A stretch of DNA of 64,000 nt from a virus. Of the stretch, positions 56,295-64,000 are shown piece after piece. The notes under the pieces were generated by a model. That model made no database searches, was not told the origin of the DNA, and worked only from the letters and a program-made list of their open reading frames with translations. The stretch is from positions 18,577 to 82,576 of the IMG/VR virus record IMGVR_UViG_3300020159_000429; one strand, written 5' to 3'. Both the position numbers and the translations under genes were made by a program. Position 1 is the first letter of the stretch. Every line of letters starts with the position of its first letter.

Positions 56295-56487
56295 TGCTTT
56301 GTTTAATAGTTTTGTGATTCAATTGTTTATGTTTAAGTATAACAATTTTATCCTTAACTGTCAACTTTTGCTTTTTCAATTCAACCAATCTTTGATCGGT
56401 AAAATTACCAGTTTTTTCTAATGTTTCAATCTGTTTATCGAGTGCTCGATGTGCTTCTTCCAAATGTTTAATTCTTTGTTCGTACAT
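56287..56487 (-). CDS. DUF465/YdcH-like coiled-coil protein
   Basis: L...H..LD..I..LE......LKK.KL..KD.I pattern. Confidence 0.7.
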   Translation of the reverse strand: MYEQRIKHLEEAHRALDKQIETLEKTGNFTDQRLVELKKQKLTVKDKIVILKHKQLNHKTIKQSNV

Positions 56488-56497
56488 AAAATTTTCC

Positions 56498-58108
56498 TCA
56501 TTCAGCTACAAGACTATTTAGGTCATCATCGTCGGGATTTGAAAAATCAATTTCGTTTGACTTTTTGCCATCTTCAAAATCAAATAAATTACCAAATGTA
56601 TTTGCTGCAGGACCACCCTGTAGTCGAGCACCTTCTAATGATTTCAAGAACTGCCCAGCAGTTTCGATCATGTCAAATGCTTCTGTTTTATTTTTGGTAT
56701 TAAACAGTTCTTCAACAAAAGCAGCAAAATATAGAATTCTATTAGGAACCCAATCGCTAAATTCAATTTCTTTCTTGCCTTCAACGCTTTTTGTTCTCCA
56801 GTCTGGTTTGAATCTAGCACACTCAATGTCCATTAACTGTTGAGCACGTTGTACCGCAACAATATGACATTCAACATTATGGCCCATCATTAAAGCATAA
56901 GCAAAACTATCCCACGATGTCTTGTTTGGAATCTTGCCTAGTTTATTAAGTTTAGGCACAACATTATAATGTGTTGGATCTAAGTGATTAAATTTAACAT
57001 CACCTAGTTCTTCATTAGTCTTACGAACACCATAGTCGTAATATGCAATATCGCCCATAACAAGTCTAGAACCAAACTCGCTTTCAAACGGAAACGGAAT
57101 ATCTGACTTAGCAAGTGCTTTATTGTCCGGAGCCTTGTCCATGATCACTGACCAACGCTTGTTAGTGTGAACAGCATTGGTATACACAAGTCCGTGGGCA
57201 GTAGCAATAAACGGACTAGCACAGTCAAAGCTGATTGTAATTTCTGGATTGATATGTTTGCGAATCTGTCTTTGGATCAACGTTAAGTAGCATGACCAAT
57301 CTAACTGAGCAGTTCCTAAAAAGTGCATCCAGTTCTTGCCTTCTAACAATCCGTCTTCACGTAAAGTCATTAGACGCTTTAGTGTAATATCCATCTTACA
57401 CATGTTAGCACCACCCATGGCCCATCCTTCTGCTTCCTTGCCGGCATATTTGCCTTTAGGATCGCTAAACTCTTTGACACCATCGTACCACTTCTCGGCT
57501 GTGTCCCAATCTGAACCTTGTAACACATTAAGCCATTTAGTAGCACCTAAGCGATTCATTAGGAAATAGTCGTTGTTATAACGAGTCTTATCCAAACAAT
57601 CTTCAAATGTTTTTAATCCAGTCTTTGGACTATGAATGTGATCACATGCCCAAGTCGGAACGTCTAACATCATTGACCAGTCAGCAGTTAACTCTAACCA
57701 TTCAAGAATCTTTTGACGAGTTTTAGTAGCTTCTGGTCCTTCAAAGTTTAACCAATCAAACTTAAGGACACCCTTACCAATCTGATAACCACCAGAGTCA
57801 CCTAAGATCATTGTCTTTGAACGATCACGATCTTGAATCATCGATTCTTGTGTAAGACTTTTTTGTAGATCAAGTTGTGCGTGACCTGCCGAATACAAAC
57901 CATACTTATAATAGAAGTAGCCTTGTTCGGGATTTAAAAAGTTCATACCTTCAATACCACGATCAAATCCCGCAGGAATACGATCGTCTGGAACAAACTT
58001 TTCTAAACGTTGTTTAGCAATGTATGTGCTGTAGAAACTACTGATCGCAGGCAAATAGACTGCGTAGTCTTTTTGTAATGGTGTTAGGTCAACTGGTTGT
58101 TTGTTCAT
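56498..58108 (-). CDS. dpdA: Guanine transglycosylase (TGT fold), DpdA-like
   Basis: ILGDSGGYQ, MMLDVP, NVLQG, HFLG, SFDCASP TGT motifs; no tRNA-TGT CxCxxC zinc motif seen; clustered with folE/queE and next to clamp and polymerase. Confidence 0.8.
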   Translation of the reverse strand: MNKQPVDLTPLQKDYAVYLPAISSFYSTYIAKQRLEKFVPDDRIPAGFDRGIEGMNFLNPEQGYFYYKYGLYSAGHAQLDLQKSLTQESMIQDRDRSKTMILGDSGGYQIGKGVLKFDWLNFEGPEATKTRQKILEWLELTADWSMMLDVPTWACDHIHSPKTGLKTFEDCLDKTRYNNDYFLMNRLGATKWLNVLQGSDWDTAEKWYDGVKEFSDPKGKYAGKEAEGWAMGGANMCKMDITLKRLMTLREDGLLEGKNWMHFLGTAQLDWSCYLTLIQRQIRKHINPEITISFDCASPFIATAHGLVYTNAVHTNKRWSVIMDKAPDNKALAKSDIPFPFESEFGSRLVMGDIAYYDYGVRKTNEELGDVKFNHLDPTHYNVVPKLNKLGKIPNKTSWDSFAYALMMGHNVECHIVAVQRAQQLMDIECARFKPDWRTKSVEGKKEIEFSDWVPNRILYFAAFVEELFNTKNKTEAFDMIETAGQFLKSLEGARLQGGPAANTFGNLFDFEDGKKSNEIDFSNPDDDDLNSLVAE

Positions 58109-58457
58109 AATCTCTCGCTAAATGTGCTGTCAGTTCTAATCTTGTTTTTGCCTGTTCTAAATGATCTAGTGCTATACGAACCGCTTCGTTGCTAGAAGCT
58201 AGTTTGTACCATTTATCTTCTTCATCACGCTTCTTACGTGCCCACTGTACTATGTCTAATATATCTTGATCTAAACTTACAGTAGCATAACTGGTAGATA
58301 ATTGTTGCCAACTGCTACCGTTAAACACTTCTATCTCTGTACCGTTAACACGCATCATTCCAGTCATTGGATTATTAGAGTTTGGGCCAACATACGGTAG
58401 GGCGGTGTTGCCACCACCAACCGTAATGCCTGTGGTGCCCATTAGTCCTTTAATCAT
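58089..58457 (-). CDS. Hypothetical protein
   Basis: 122-aa ORF between clamp and dpdA. Confidence 0.6.
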   Translation of the reverse strand: MIKGLMGTTGITVGGGNTALPYVGPNSNNPMTGMMRVNGTEIEVFNGSSWQQLSTSYATVSLDQDILDIVQWARKKRDEEDKWYKLASSNEAVRIALDHLEQAKTRLELTAHLARDYEQTTS

Positions 58458-58459
58458 AT

Positions 58460-59197
58460 TTAGGCAGCTTGTGCTGGAATGATATATTTGTAAGTAGCAA
58501 GTCCGCTGTCGAGTGTAATCTGAATAGCACCTTCGTTTGACAACGACATCTTGGTGTTGTTGACATCGGCAATCTTAAGGATACTTAAGATTGGCATTAC
58601 AGGCCATGTCCACCCGCGATCTAGTTTTCCACTAACACCCATAGCAAACACAAACTCTCCGCCGTGTGTTGAAGCATCGCCAAAGATAAACTTTAAATTG
58701 CCGTTATCAGTTTTTGCTAAGAATGTTGGGTGTTCGCTGTGAGCACCTGCTTGGAAGTTAAAACGCTGAACAGAAGCTACACTTGGTTCAATCTCTACGT
58801 CCCACTTAACACCACGGAACTTAACAGTCTTCATCTTTTCGTTGATGATTTCTGTGTTCATAAAACGATAGTCGTTTTTAAAGTCGCCGTCTTTGTTTTC
58901 AAAGTGAATACCTACTGGCAGTGTTTCACCATTGCGTTCTGCTTTAGTAATACTGATCTTAGCATCTTCTTTGTATTCAGCACCGTCTAGCAAGTATTTC
59001 AACTTGTTTAACTGCGGCATACCAAACACACCAATCATGTCTGCGTAAGGAGCAGCAGCTTCAGCCTCCATAATAACTGAGCGGTCGTCTGCCATTGAGT
59101 TAATAGTTGTACCTTGTTCTGTGCCTGTGACTTTAACAGTTGTAAGGAAGCCTAAGTTTTGCGTATGCGATACGATATCTTGTAAAATGTCTTTCAT
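58460..59197 (-). CDS. DNA polymerase sliding clamp (gp45/PCNA-like)
   Basis: 245 aa, two-domain beta/alpha pattern ending YKYIIPA; directly downstream of the PolB gene. Confidence 0.65.
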   Translation of the reverse strand: MKDILQDIVSHTQNLGFLTTVKVTGTEQGTTINSMADDRSVIMEAEAAAPYADMIGVFGMPQLNKLKYLLDGAEYKEDAKISITKAERNGETLPVGIHFENKDGDFKNDYRFMNTEIINEKMKTVKFRGVKWDVEIEPSVASVQRFNFQAGAHSEHPTFLAKTDNGNLKFIFGDASTHGGEFVFAMGVSGKLDRGWTWPVMPILSILKIADVNNTKMSLSNEGAIQITLDSGLATYKYIIPAQAA

Positions 59198-59222
59198 TTA
59201 GAGTTTCTCCATGTATAGTAAG

Positions 59223-59251
59223 ATTATATTTAGATTGTGAATAAAAAGCAA
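59223..59251 (-). promoter_or_regulatory. Sigma70-type promoter for clamp-dpdA, with overlapping CTAAATA
   Basis: TTGCTT-N17-TATAAT on the minus strand; SD GGAG downstream. Confidence 0.65.
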
Positions 59252-59258
59252 ATTTATT

Positions 59259-61925
59259 TTACTCAAAATCAAATAATTTGTTGAAGTTGTTGTCACTTCG
59301 AGTTGAACCAATGTCCCATTCTAGGACGCCAATTAAGTTTTCTAGCTTTTCATCAATGACTGCGTTTTCCATCTCAGCATCGTTAAAAGGTAAATCCTTA
59401 AACCATTGTGGTAGTCTAAGTTCATCTACAGGATATGCCACTGAGGTATAGCCCATTGGATTGTCTTTGACCTTACAGACAATAACTTTCGCACCATCTG
59501 TAACAGCCATTGAGTACTTGTCATCGTTCATACGCTTGAGAGTGTTCCAGTTCAAACTAGCACGAACGTGTCCAGGCATGTTGGTCTTGCCTGCTTTCTT
59601 TTCTTTAGATTGATATTCAGTGATATTGTTAGCACGTTTGGGACTACCTTTCTCCCAACCAGGACGAGTTTTAAACTCTGTACGAAAGTCGGTGATATAC
59701 TCAAGGATTTTTTCCTCAGGTACACCGTTCAAGACTTTTTCTAACACCTGACTTAAGAAGTCTTGAATAACAACAGGAGTATCCGAACGCTTCAAATCTA
59801 ATCCCATAGCTTTGATTTTACCCGGTTTGCCATCAACATCAGTGCGTTTGCCTTCTTTATCGTAATAAAGGATAGCATAACGCTTTTTAGTCATGAACAA
59901 GCCTTTACTAGCAACAAACTCTCGGCCAGCTCGAATAACTTCACCGCGTGACTTTGGACAATGAAACTTATCCTGCATCATTTTAGGAAAGCTGGCATTA
60001 ACTTCATCAGCAATTTGATCATAAAGCTGTACTACAGTTTCTTTAGTCCACGGAAGTTGTCCTGACTCAATCTCTTTCTTTAGTACAGGATACGCAGAGA
60101 AGTAACACGAGTCTGTATCACCGTAGATAACAGCTTTACCTCTATAGTCATATTCGCCTGTGGCAATTTCGTTAATTTTACTAGCCATGTGTTTAACAAT
60201 TTGACGACCACTTAGCGTAGTTGACTGACCAATCCGATTGTCAAAGAATCTACAACCAGGATTAAGAATAGCACCATATAGACTGTTTAGGTTAATCTTC
60301 TTAACTAGCTGACGTTTATCCCAGTATTCTTCTTCAATCTTGTTGCCGCTGGCAATACATTCTTTAAGTTTGGCCTGCATTTCTTTACGTTCAGCATACC
60401 AACGTTTTAGTAGACCAGGAATGATACCTTCTTTCTCATAGGTAAAGATTGTGCCGTTGGCACTGATCATCCACGGCTGATTACTATCAAAGATTAAATC
60501 ATTAATTTGAGCACCGGATAATGTATCACTACCGCCGTTTTCCCAGTCAATGATGATTTCTTTAGAAACGTTACGTTCCATTACTAGTTCGTATTCTAAA
60601 CTGCCAAATACGCCTTCCCAGGCAGCGGCAAACGACTTGCCCTTGCCCATTTCTTGATCAATATAATTTTTAGTATATTCGGGACGTAGTTGTCCCACGA
60701 TAGTTTCGGGTCCCATGTTTAGGGCACGAATTGCTGACGGATACAGGGAGTTAATGTCCACAGAGCCAATCCATTCGTGGATGCCTTTCTTTGGATAAGC
60801 AACATACGCACCTGCTGCTGGTTCACTGCCTGGTTCACGTTTAATTCGATTAGGAACAACAAATCCTCTGCGATGTGCTTCGTTGATAATAGCTTGCTCT
60901 GTTACAGCAACAGCACCCATAGTAGTTGCCAACAATACTGTGTTTTCATGAGCAATTTTATTAGCTAGATCTAAAAATTTAAGTTTTTTATCTAATTCGT
61001 CTAACAGAGTTGTATCGTTCCTGTTATATTCGATAAACTTTTTAAAGTCTTTGTTATATAATTGATCTAATGTGCCTTCGTATTGAGTTTTAGTTTTAGA
61101 TAACTCATATTCGGCAATGGCATCTAAACGATAAGTGTGTCGTTCTTCGTAGGTATACTTTCTATACAGTTCTAAATAGTCTAGGTGTACACGGCCAATG
61201 AGATCATATGTAACAGCAGCCTTGCCGTACTTTTCATATTCTCGCTTTTTCGGGTATTGATTCCATAGGCAGAATCTACGTGTATCATCTTTACTAAGAG
61301 CTTTAGTAATCCTGTTAGTTGTATACGGAATATCAAAGCCTTCTGAGTTCCACCCACTTAAAATATCAGCATCTTGAATAATATTTAAAAAGTTATCCAG
61401 CAACTCAGCTTCTGTTTCAAACAGATATGTGTTGGGAAATTCAGCAACAGCCGCCGTTGCTTCGGCCATTGTCATGGTCTTTGGCGGAACAGCTAGACAG
61501 ATAAGTGTATCTAACCATTGTAGGTGAACAGCAATAGCGGTGATTGGCATAAACGCATCATCTGGTGCCGCATAGCCACGTTCTGGATCAAAGTCTACCT
61601 CAATGTCAAAGAACGCTACGTTTAATTTAGGAGCGTCTTGATTTAGATAGTTGTCTTCTAAACAACGATAGATGGGATTGATATCTGATTCATACAGTTT
61701 AATCCCGCTGTGTATTTTTAGTTCTTTGTGTAAGTCTTTGAGATTCTTACAAGTTATGCGACTAAGAGGATCACCGTTAGTGCTTACATATTTGCCCTTA
61801 GGGTCTTGAAAGTAAAAGATGTGTCGAGCAGGATAATCTTTGTAATGTCTATTACCTTTATCGTCACGTTCGACGATATGAATAGTATCCTGATCGCGTT
61901 CATAGAATGCGTCAACGTAGCTCAT
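59259..61925 (-). CDS. Family B DNA polymerase (T4 gp43-like)
   Basis: Exo FDIE, GWNSEGFDIPY, YNRND; Pol DINSLYPS, KINLNSLYG, YGDTDS, KKRY; start at MSYVD after SD GAGG. Confidence 0.97.
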   Translation of the reverse strand: MSYVDAFYERDQDTIHIVERDDKGNRHYKDYPARHIFYFQDPKGKYVSTNGDPLSRITCKNLKDLHKELKIHSGIKLYESDINPIYRCLEDNYLNQDAPKLNVAFFDIEVDFDPERGYAAPDDAFMPITAIAVHLQWLDTLICLAVPPKTMTMAEATAAVAEFPNTYLFETEAELLDNFLNIIQDADILSGWNSEGFDIPYTTNRITKALSKDDTRRFCLWNQYPKKREYEKYGKAAVTYDLIGRVHLDYLELYRKYTYEERHTYRLDAIAEYELSKTKTQYEGTLDQLYNKDFKKFIEYNRNDTTLLDELDKKLKFLDLANKIAHENTVLLATTMGAVAVTEQAIINEAHRRGFVVPNRIKREPGSEPAAGAYVAYPKKGIHEWIGSVDINSLYPSAIRALNMGPETIVGQLRPEYTKNYIDQEMGKGKSFAAAWEGVFGSLEYELVMERNVSKEIIIDWENGGSDTLSGAQINDLIFDSNQPWMISANGTIFTYEKEGIIPGLLKRWYAERKEMQAKLKECIASGNKIEEEYWDKRQLVKKINLNSLYGAILNPGCRFFDNRIGQSTTLSGRQIVKHMASKINEIATGEYDYRGKAVIYGDTDSCYFSAYPVLKKEIESGQLPWTKETVVQLYDQIADEVNASFPKMMQDKFHCPKSRGEVIRAGREFVASKGLFMTKKRYAILYYDKEGKRTDVDGKPGKIKAMGLDLKRSDTPVVIQDFLSQVLEKVLNGVPEEKILEYITDFRTEFKTRPGWEKGSPKRANNITEYQSKEKKAGKTNMPGHVRASLNWNTLKRMNDDKYSMAVTDGAKVIVCKVKDNPMGYTSVAYPVDELRLPQWFKDLPFNDAEMENAVIDEKLENLIGVLEWDIGSTRSDNNFNKLFDFE

Positions 61926-61936
61926 ATATTTTCCTC

Positions 61937-61986
61937 TGCCATTTTCGGCTGGCAAACCAAAATGATCATTTGTGGCTGATCAAACC
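61937..61986 (-). promoter_or_regulatory. Tandem structured RNA element (two pseudoknot-like units) in the polymerase 5' leader
   Basis: GGTT-TGATCA-GCCACAAA-TGATCA and GGTT-TGCCA-GCCGAAAA-TGGCA; the second abuts SD GAGG. Confidence 0.65.
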
Positions 61987-61992
61987 TTTCTC

Positions 61993-62283
61993 TTAGATAT
62001 TTATTAAACGTATTAATGCTACTACGTCTATAGTGACAATTAGCAAATAATTTGCTACCATTCCTGCACTGCGTCTTGTCCAAGCTGCCCAACCAAATAT
62101 TGTACATTGAATAATAAACAATGGATACAAAATTAAAAAAGGGGGATTAGGTAGAGTGGCACCCATCCATATAGTACAACAGATACTCATGAACCAAGCA
62201 GCAATTTCTAAAATAAATCTCAATGGCCATTCACGATAATCTGCCTTAGCCCAGTTATATGTTTTTTGAAAAAACTCTATCAT
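61993..62283 (-). CDS. Small membrane protein (about 3 TM)
   Basis: Three hydrophobic stretches. Confidence 0.65.
   Translation of the reverse strand: MIEFFQKTYNWAKADYREWPLRFILEIAAWFMSICCTIWMGATLPNPPFLILYPLFIIQCTIFGWAAWTRRSAGMVANYLLIVTIDVVALIRLINI
61998..62004 (-). promoter_or_regulatory. Late-like promoter ATAAATA upstream of the polymerase leader
   Basis: ATAAATA 11 nt upstream of the first structured unit. Confidence 0.45.
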
Positions 62284-62540
62284 TCAGGTAGATTCTTAGT
62301 AACACCAAGGATACCTTCAATTTCTTCCCACTCTGCTTCGTGATCTTTCCAATTATCTTTACGAGCAATTTTAATTGCTTTGTTAATCCAACTTGGTTTG
62401 ATTTGTAATTCTTCTGCTACTGCTTTGACTGTTTCTTTAAGACCTTCGTTGAGATCTTCAATTTCACGAAGTACATTGCCACCTTCGTTGATTAGTCTTT
62501 CTAATTTTGCCTTTTCTTCAGGACCGTACATTTTAGCCAT
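62280..62540 (-). CDS. Double-stranded DNA-binding protein (T4 DsbA/GapR-like)
   Basis: KL..LI.E....L.EIE.L....KE....V.EE..IKP..I.KAI.I helical pattern. Confidence 0.6.
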   Translation of the reverse strand: MAKMYGPEEKAKLERLINEGGNVLREIEDLNEGLKETVKAVAEELQIKPSWINKAIKIARKDNWKDHEAEWEEIEGILGVTKNLPE

Positions 62541-62566
62541 TAATATAACTCCAAGTAATAGTGTAT

Positions 62567-62595
62567 ATTATATAGCCAACAAAAAAGCCAGTCAA
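62567..62595 (-). promoter_or_regulatory. Sigma70 promoter heading the replication block
   Basis: TTGACT-N17-TATAAT on the minus strand. Confidence 0.75.
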
Positions 62596-62611
62596 TGGTT
62601 GACTGGCTTTT
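62581..62611 (-). terminator. Intrinsic terminator (potentially bidirectional)
   Basis: AAAAGCCAGTCAA-CCA-TTGACTGGCTTTT perfect inverted repeat running into a U6 tract on the minus strand, just after the stop at 62630. Confidence 0.85.
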
Positions 62612-62629
62612 GTTTACCAAACGAATCAA

Positions 62630-63613
62630 TTATTCGGTGATAACTTTATGTAGTCCCCACTCACCGCCCATTCTTTCATAGGTAGCAGCAGCAAATGCCT
62701 GTGCTTGAACTGACTCGTTGAATCTGCTTTTGCCAACACGTTCTGCCCAAGACCACAGAGCTTTGTCCATTGGATCAATTTGGAATTGACCGTGACTTTC
62801 TTTAACAATCTTAAGAGCATTACTAAAAGTCAGTGACTCTTTAACTGATTCTTTCTTACCAAAATACTTAGCTTGCTTGTCGCTCATGCCTTTCTTAGCA
62901 GCAGGTTTGTTACCTGCTTTCTTATCAGCAGCAGCTTTTGTTATTGGCTCTTTCGTGTTTTTGTCATCATCAATGTCTGGATGGTCGGGCATAGCCCCTT
63001 CCTTGACTTTTTTGCTAGAAAGCTTTTCTGTTTCACGGCGTGCTTTGTCACTCAAGTTAGTAACTTTTCCGCGACCATCTTTATTAGCAGCAGATTTTTT
63101 CCATTCGCCTTCGTCTTTCCAACTTGTAACTTTACCATCTTCATCTTTTTCTTCAGTTCGTTCTTCCTTGACCAACTTACCGTCAACGTATTTCTTTACG
63201 GAACCAGGATTTTTCTTTGCGTATTCTTTAGAAGCTTTAGATTGTTCTTTGTCTTTGGCTTTTTGTGCTTGACGCTCAGCACCGGTCATTGCTGTCTTAG
63301 AAACTTTCTTCTTTGGCTCTTCTTGATGATCTTCACCATCATACGTATCTTTCTTGGTATGCTTGATGCCAGTAGCAGTTTTAGTAATGGTGCCGCCTTT
63401 GGCAGTTTTCTTTGTATCGCCTACTTTCATCTCTTCGGCAATTTCTTCTTCTTTCTTTTTCTTAGCTTCGGAAAGGTATGTAGTACGTCCGCTTAGAACA
63501 CGTAGTTGTGCATCTTCATTTAGCTGTACAGCTTGTTCTAGCTTTGGTGCGTCGACACCCTTAGGTGGAGCAGAAAAACTGTCCAATTTATTGAGTATAG
63601 ATTTAAAATCCAT
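62630..63613 (-). CDS. Lys/Glu-rich low-complexity protein, probable internal head / prohead core protein
   Basis: Start at MDFKSIL after SD-like AAGGA; many [LIVF]-x-E motifs. Confidence 0.55.
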   Translation of the reverse strand: MDFKSILNKLDSFSAPPKGVDAPKLEQAVQLNEDAQLRVLSGRTTYLSEAKKKKEEEIAEEMKVGDTKKTAKGGTITKTATGIKHTKKDTYDGEDHQEEPKKKVSKTAMTGAERQAQKAKDKEQSKASKEYAKKNPGSVKKYVDGKLVKEERTEEKDEDGKVTSWKDEGEWKKSAANKDGRGKVTNLSDKARRETEKLSSKKVKEGAMPDHPDIDDDKNTKEPITKAAADKKAGNKPAAKKGMSDKQAKYFGKKESVKESLTFSNALKIVKESHGQFQIDPMDKALWSWAERVGKSRFNESVQAQAFAAATYERMGGEWGLHKVITE

Positions 63614-63617
63614 GTTC

Positions 63618-63956
63618 TTATCCTTGTGTCTTAAATTGTTTCCACTGAGTATTGAGGCTTTCTGCCACTTCAACAGTGAGTGCTTCGTCGGGTTTATCAT
63701 CTAAAGAAACATCGTTGTTATCTTTAGGTTGTTCGAATTTTTTCTGATATTCCATGTAATGTGCTACAGAATCTAAGTAATCGGATGCTTTGGTAATTTT
63801 AGCAGCGACCCACCCTTCTAAGTTATCACCTGGTTGAATCATATGGAAGATCTTAATAGCATACTCAGCAGCTTTGTAAAGCTCTGCTCTAGCCATAGAA
63901 GCTTCGTGGTCTTGAGGACCCAAATCTTGATCTTCGTTAACTGATTTTTTATTCAT
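63618..63956 (-). CDS. Probable internal head protein
   Basis: DHEASMARAEL...LEGWVAAKITKASDYL helical domain; preceded by ATAAATA (63962-63968). Confidence 0.5.
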   Translation of the reverse strand: MNKKSVNEDQDLGPQDHEASMARAELYKAAEYAIKIFHMIQPGDNLEGWVAAKITKASDYLDSVAHYMEYQKKFEQPKDNNDVSLDDKPDEALTVEVAESLNTQWKQFKTQG

Positions 63957-64000
63957 ATATCTATTTATCTTTTTGTCAAAGAGCCGCCCGAAAGCAGATT

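Noticed and set aside
56498-58108. Ordinary tRNA-guanine transglycosylase (tgt) for queuosine
   Set aside because: No zinc motif, no queA/queF or tRNA genes in the window, and replication-gene context favour a DNA substrate; not fully excluded.
59259-61955. Intein or intron in the polymerase; upstream start at 61955
   Set aside because: Length and motif spacing are normal. The extension to 61955 runs through the structured leader, whereas ATG 61925 has a GAGG SD.
62873-63704. Plus-strand Phe/Leu/Ser-rich ORFs that look like membrane proteins
   Set aside because: Reverse complement of Lys/Glu-rich codons of the real minus-strand gene.
1-64000. Alternative genetic code, tRNAs, integrase or IS elements
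   Set aside because: Long ORFs tile the window under the standard code with all three stops used; no cloverleaf, recombinase or transposase motifs recognised.

Overview
The window is 64 kb of an AT-rich, large myovirus-type (distant T4-like or jumbo) phage genome in the standard genetic code, with two convergent blocks. The + strand (1-41359) is a late virion block. It has baseplate genes (gp53/LysM-, hub-, gp5-, gp25- and gp6-like), a 4889-aa modular baseplate/adhesin protein and five paralogous tail-fibre genes, one of them frameshifted. It also has a fibre chaperone, a 2OG-Fe(II) oxygenase, and a cassette of four GT-A-like glycosyltransferases plus a radical SAM enzyme. The - strand (41337-64000) is a replication and nucleotide block: family-B DNA polymerase, sliding clamp, RNase H/5' exonuclease, ThyX, MazG, HIT and a PRTase. 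The most notable element is a 7-deazaguanine modification cluster in this block: a DpdA/TGT-like transglycosylase, FolE, QueE and a DpdL-like T-fold protein (LxxxHRHxF). Inside the cluster is a GT-B glycosyltransferase whose motifs resemble the queuosine mannosyltransferase GTDC1/QTMAN, suggesting an undescribed sugar-decorated 7-deazaguanine DNA base. The polymerase 5' leader carries two tandem covarying pseudoknot-like units, and the folE leader has a possible SD-sequestering pseudoknot. Two promoter classes are visible (sigma70 consensus and T4-late-like ATAAATA). No tRNA, rRNA, CRISPR array, intron or intein was recognised. All family assignments come from motif recognition by eye; no database searches were run.
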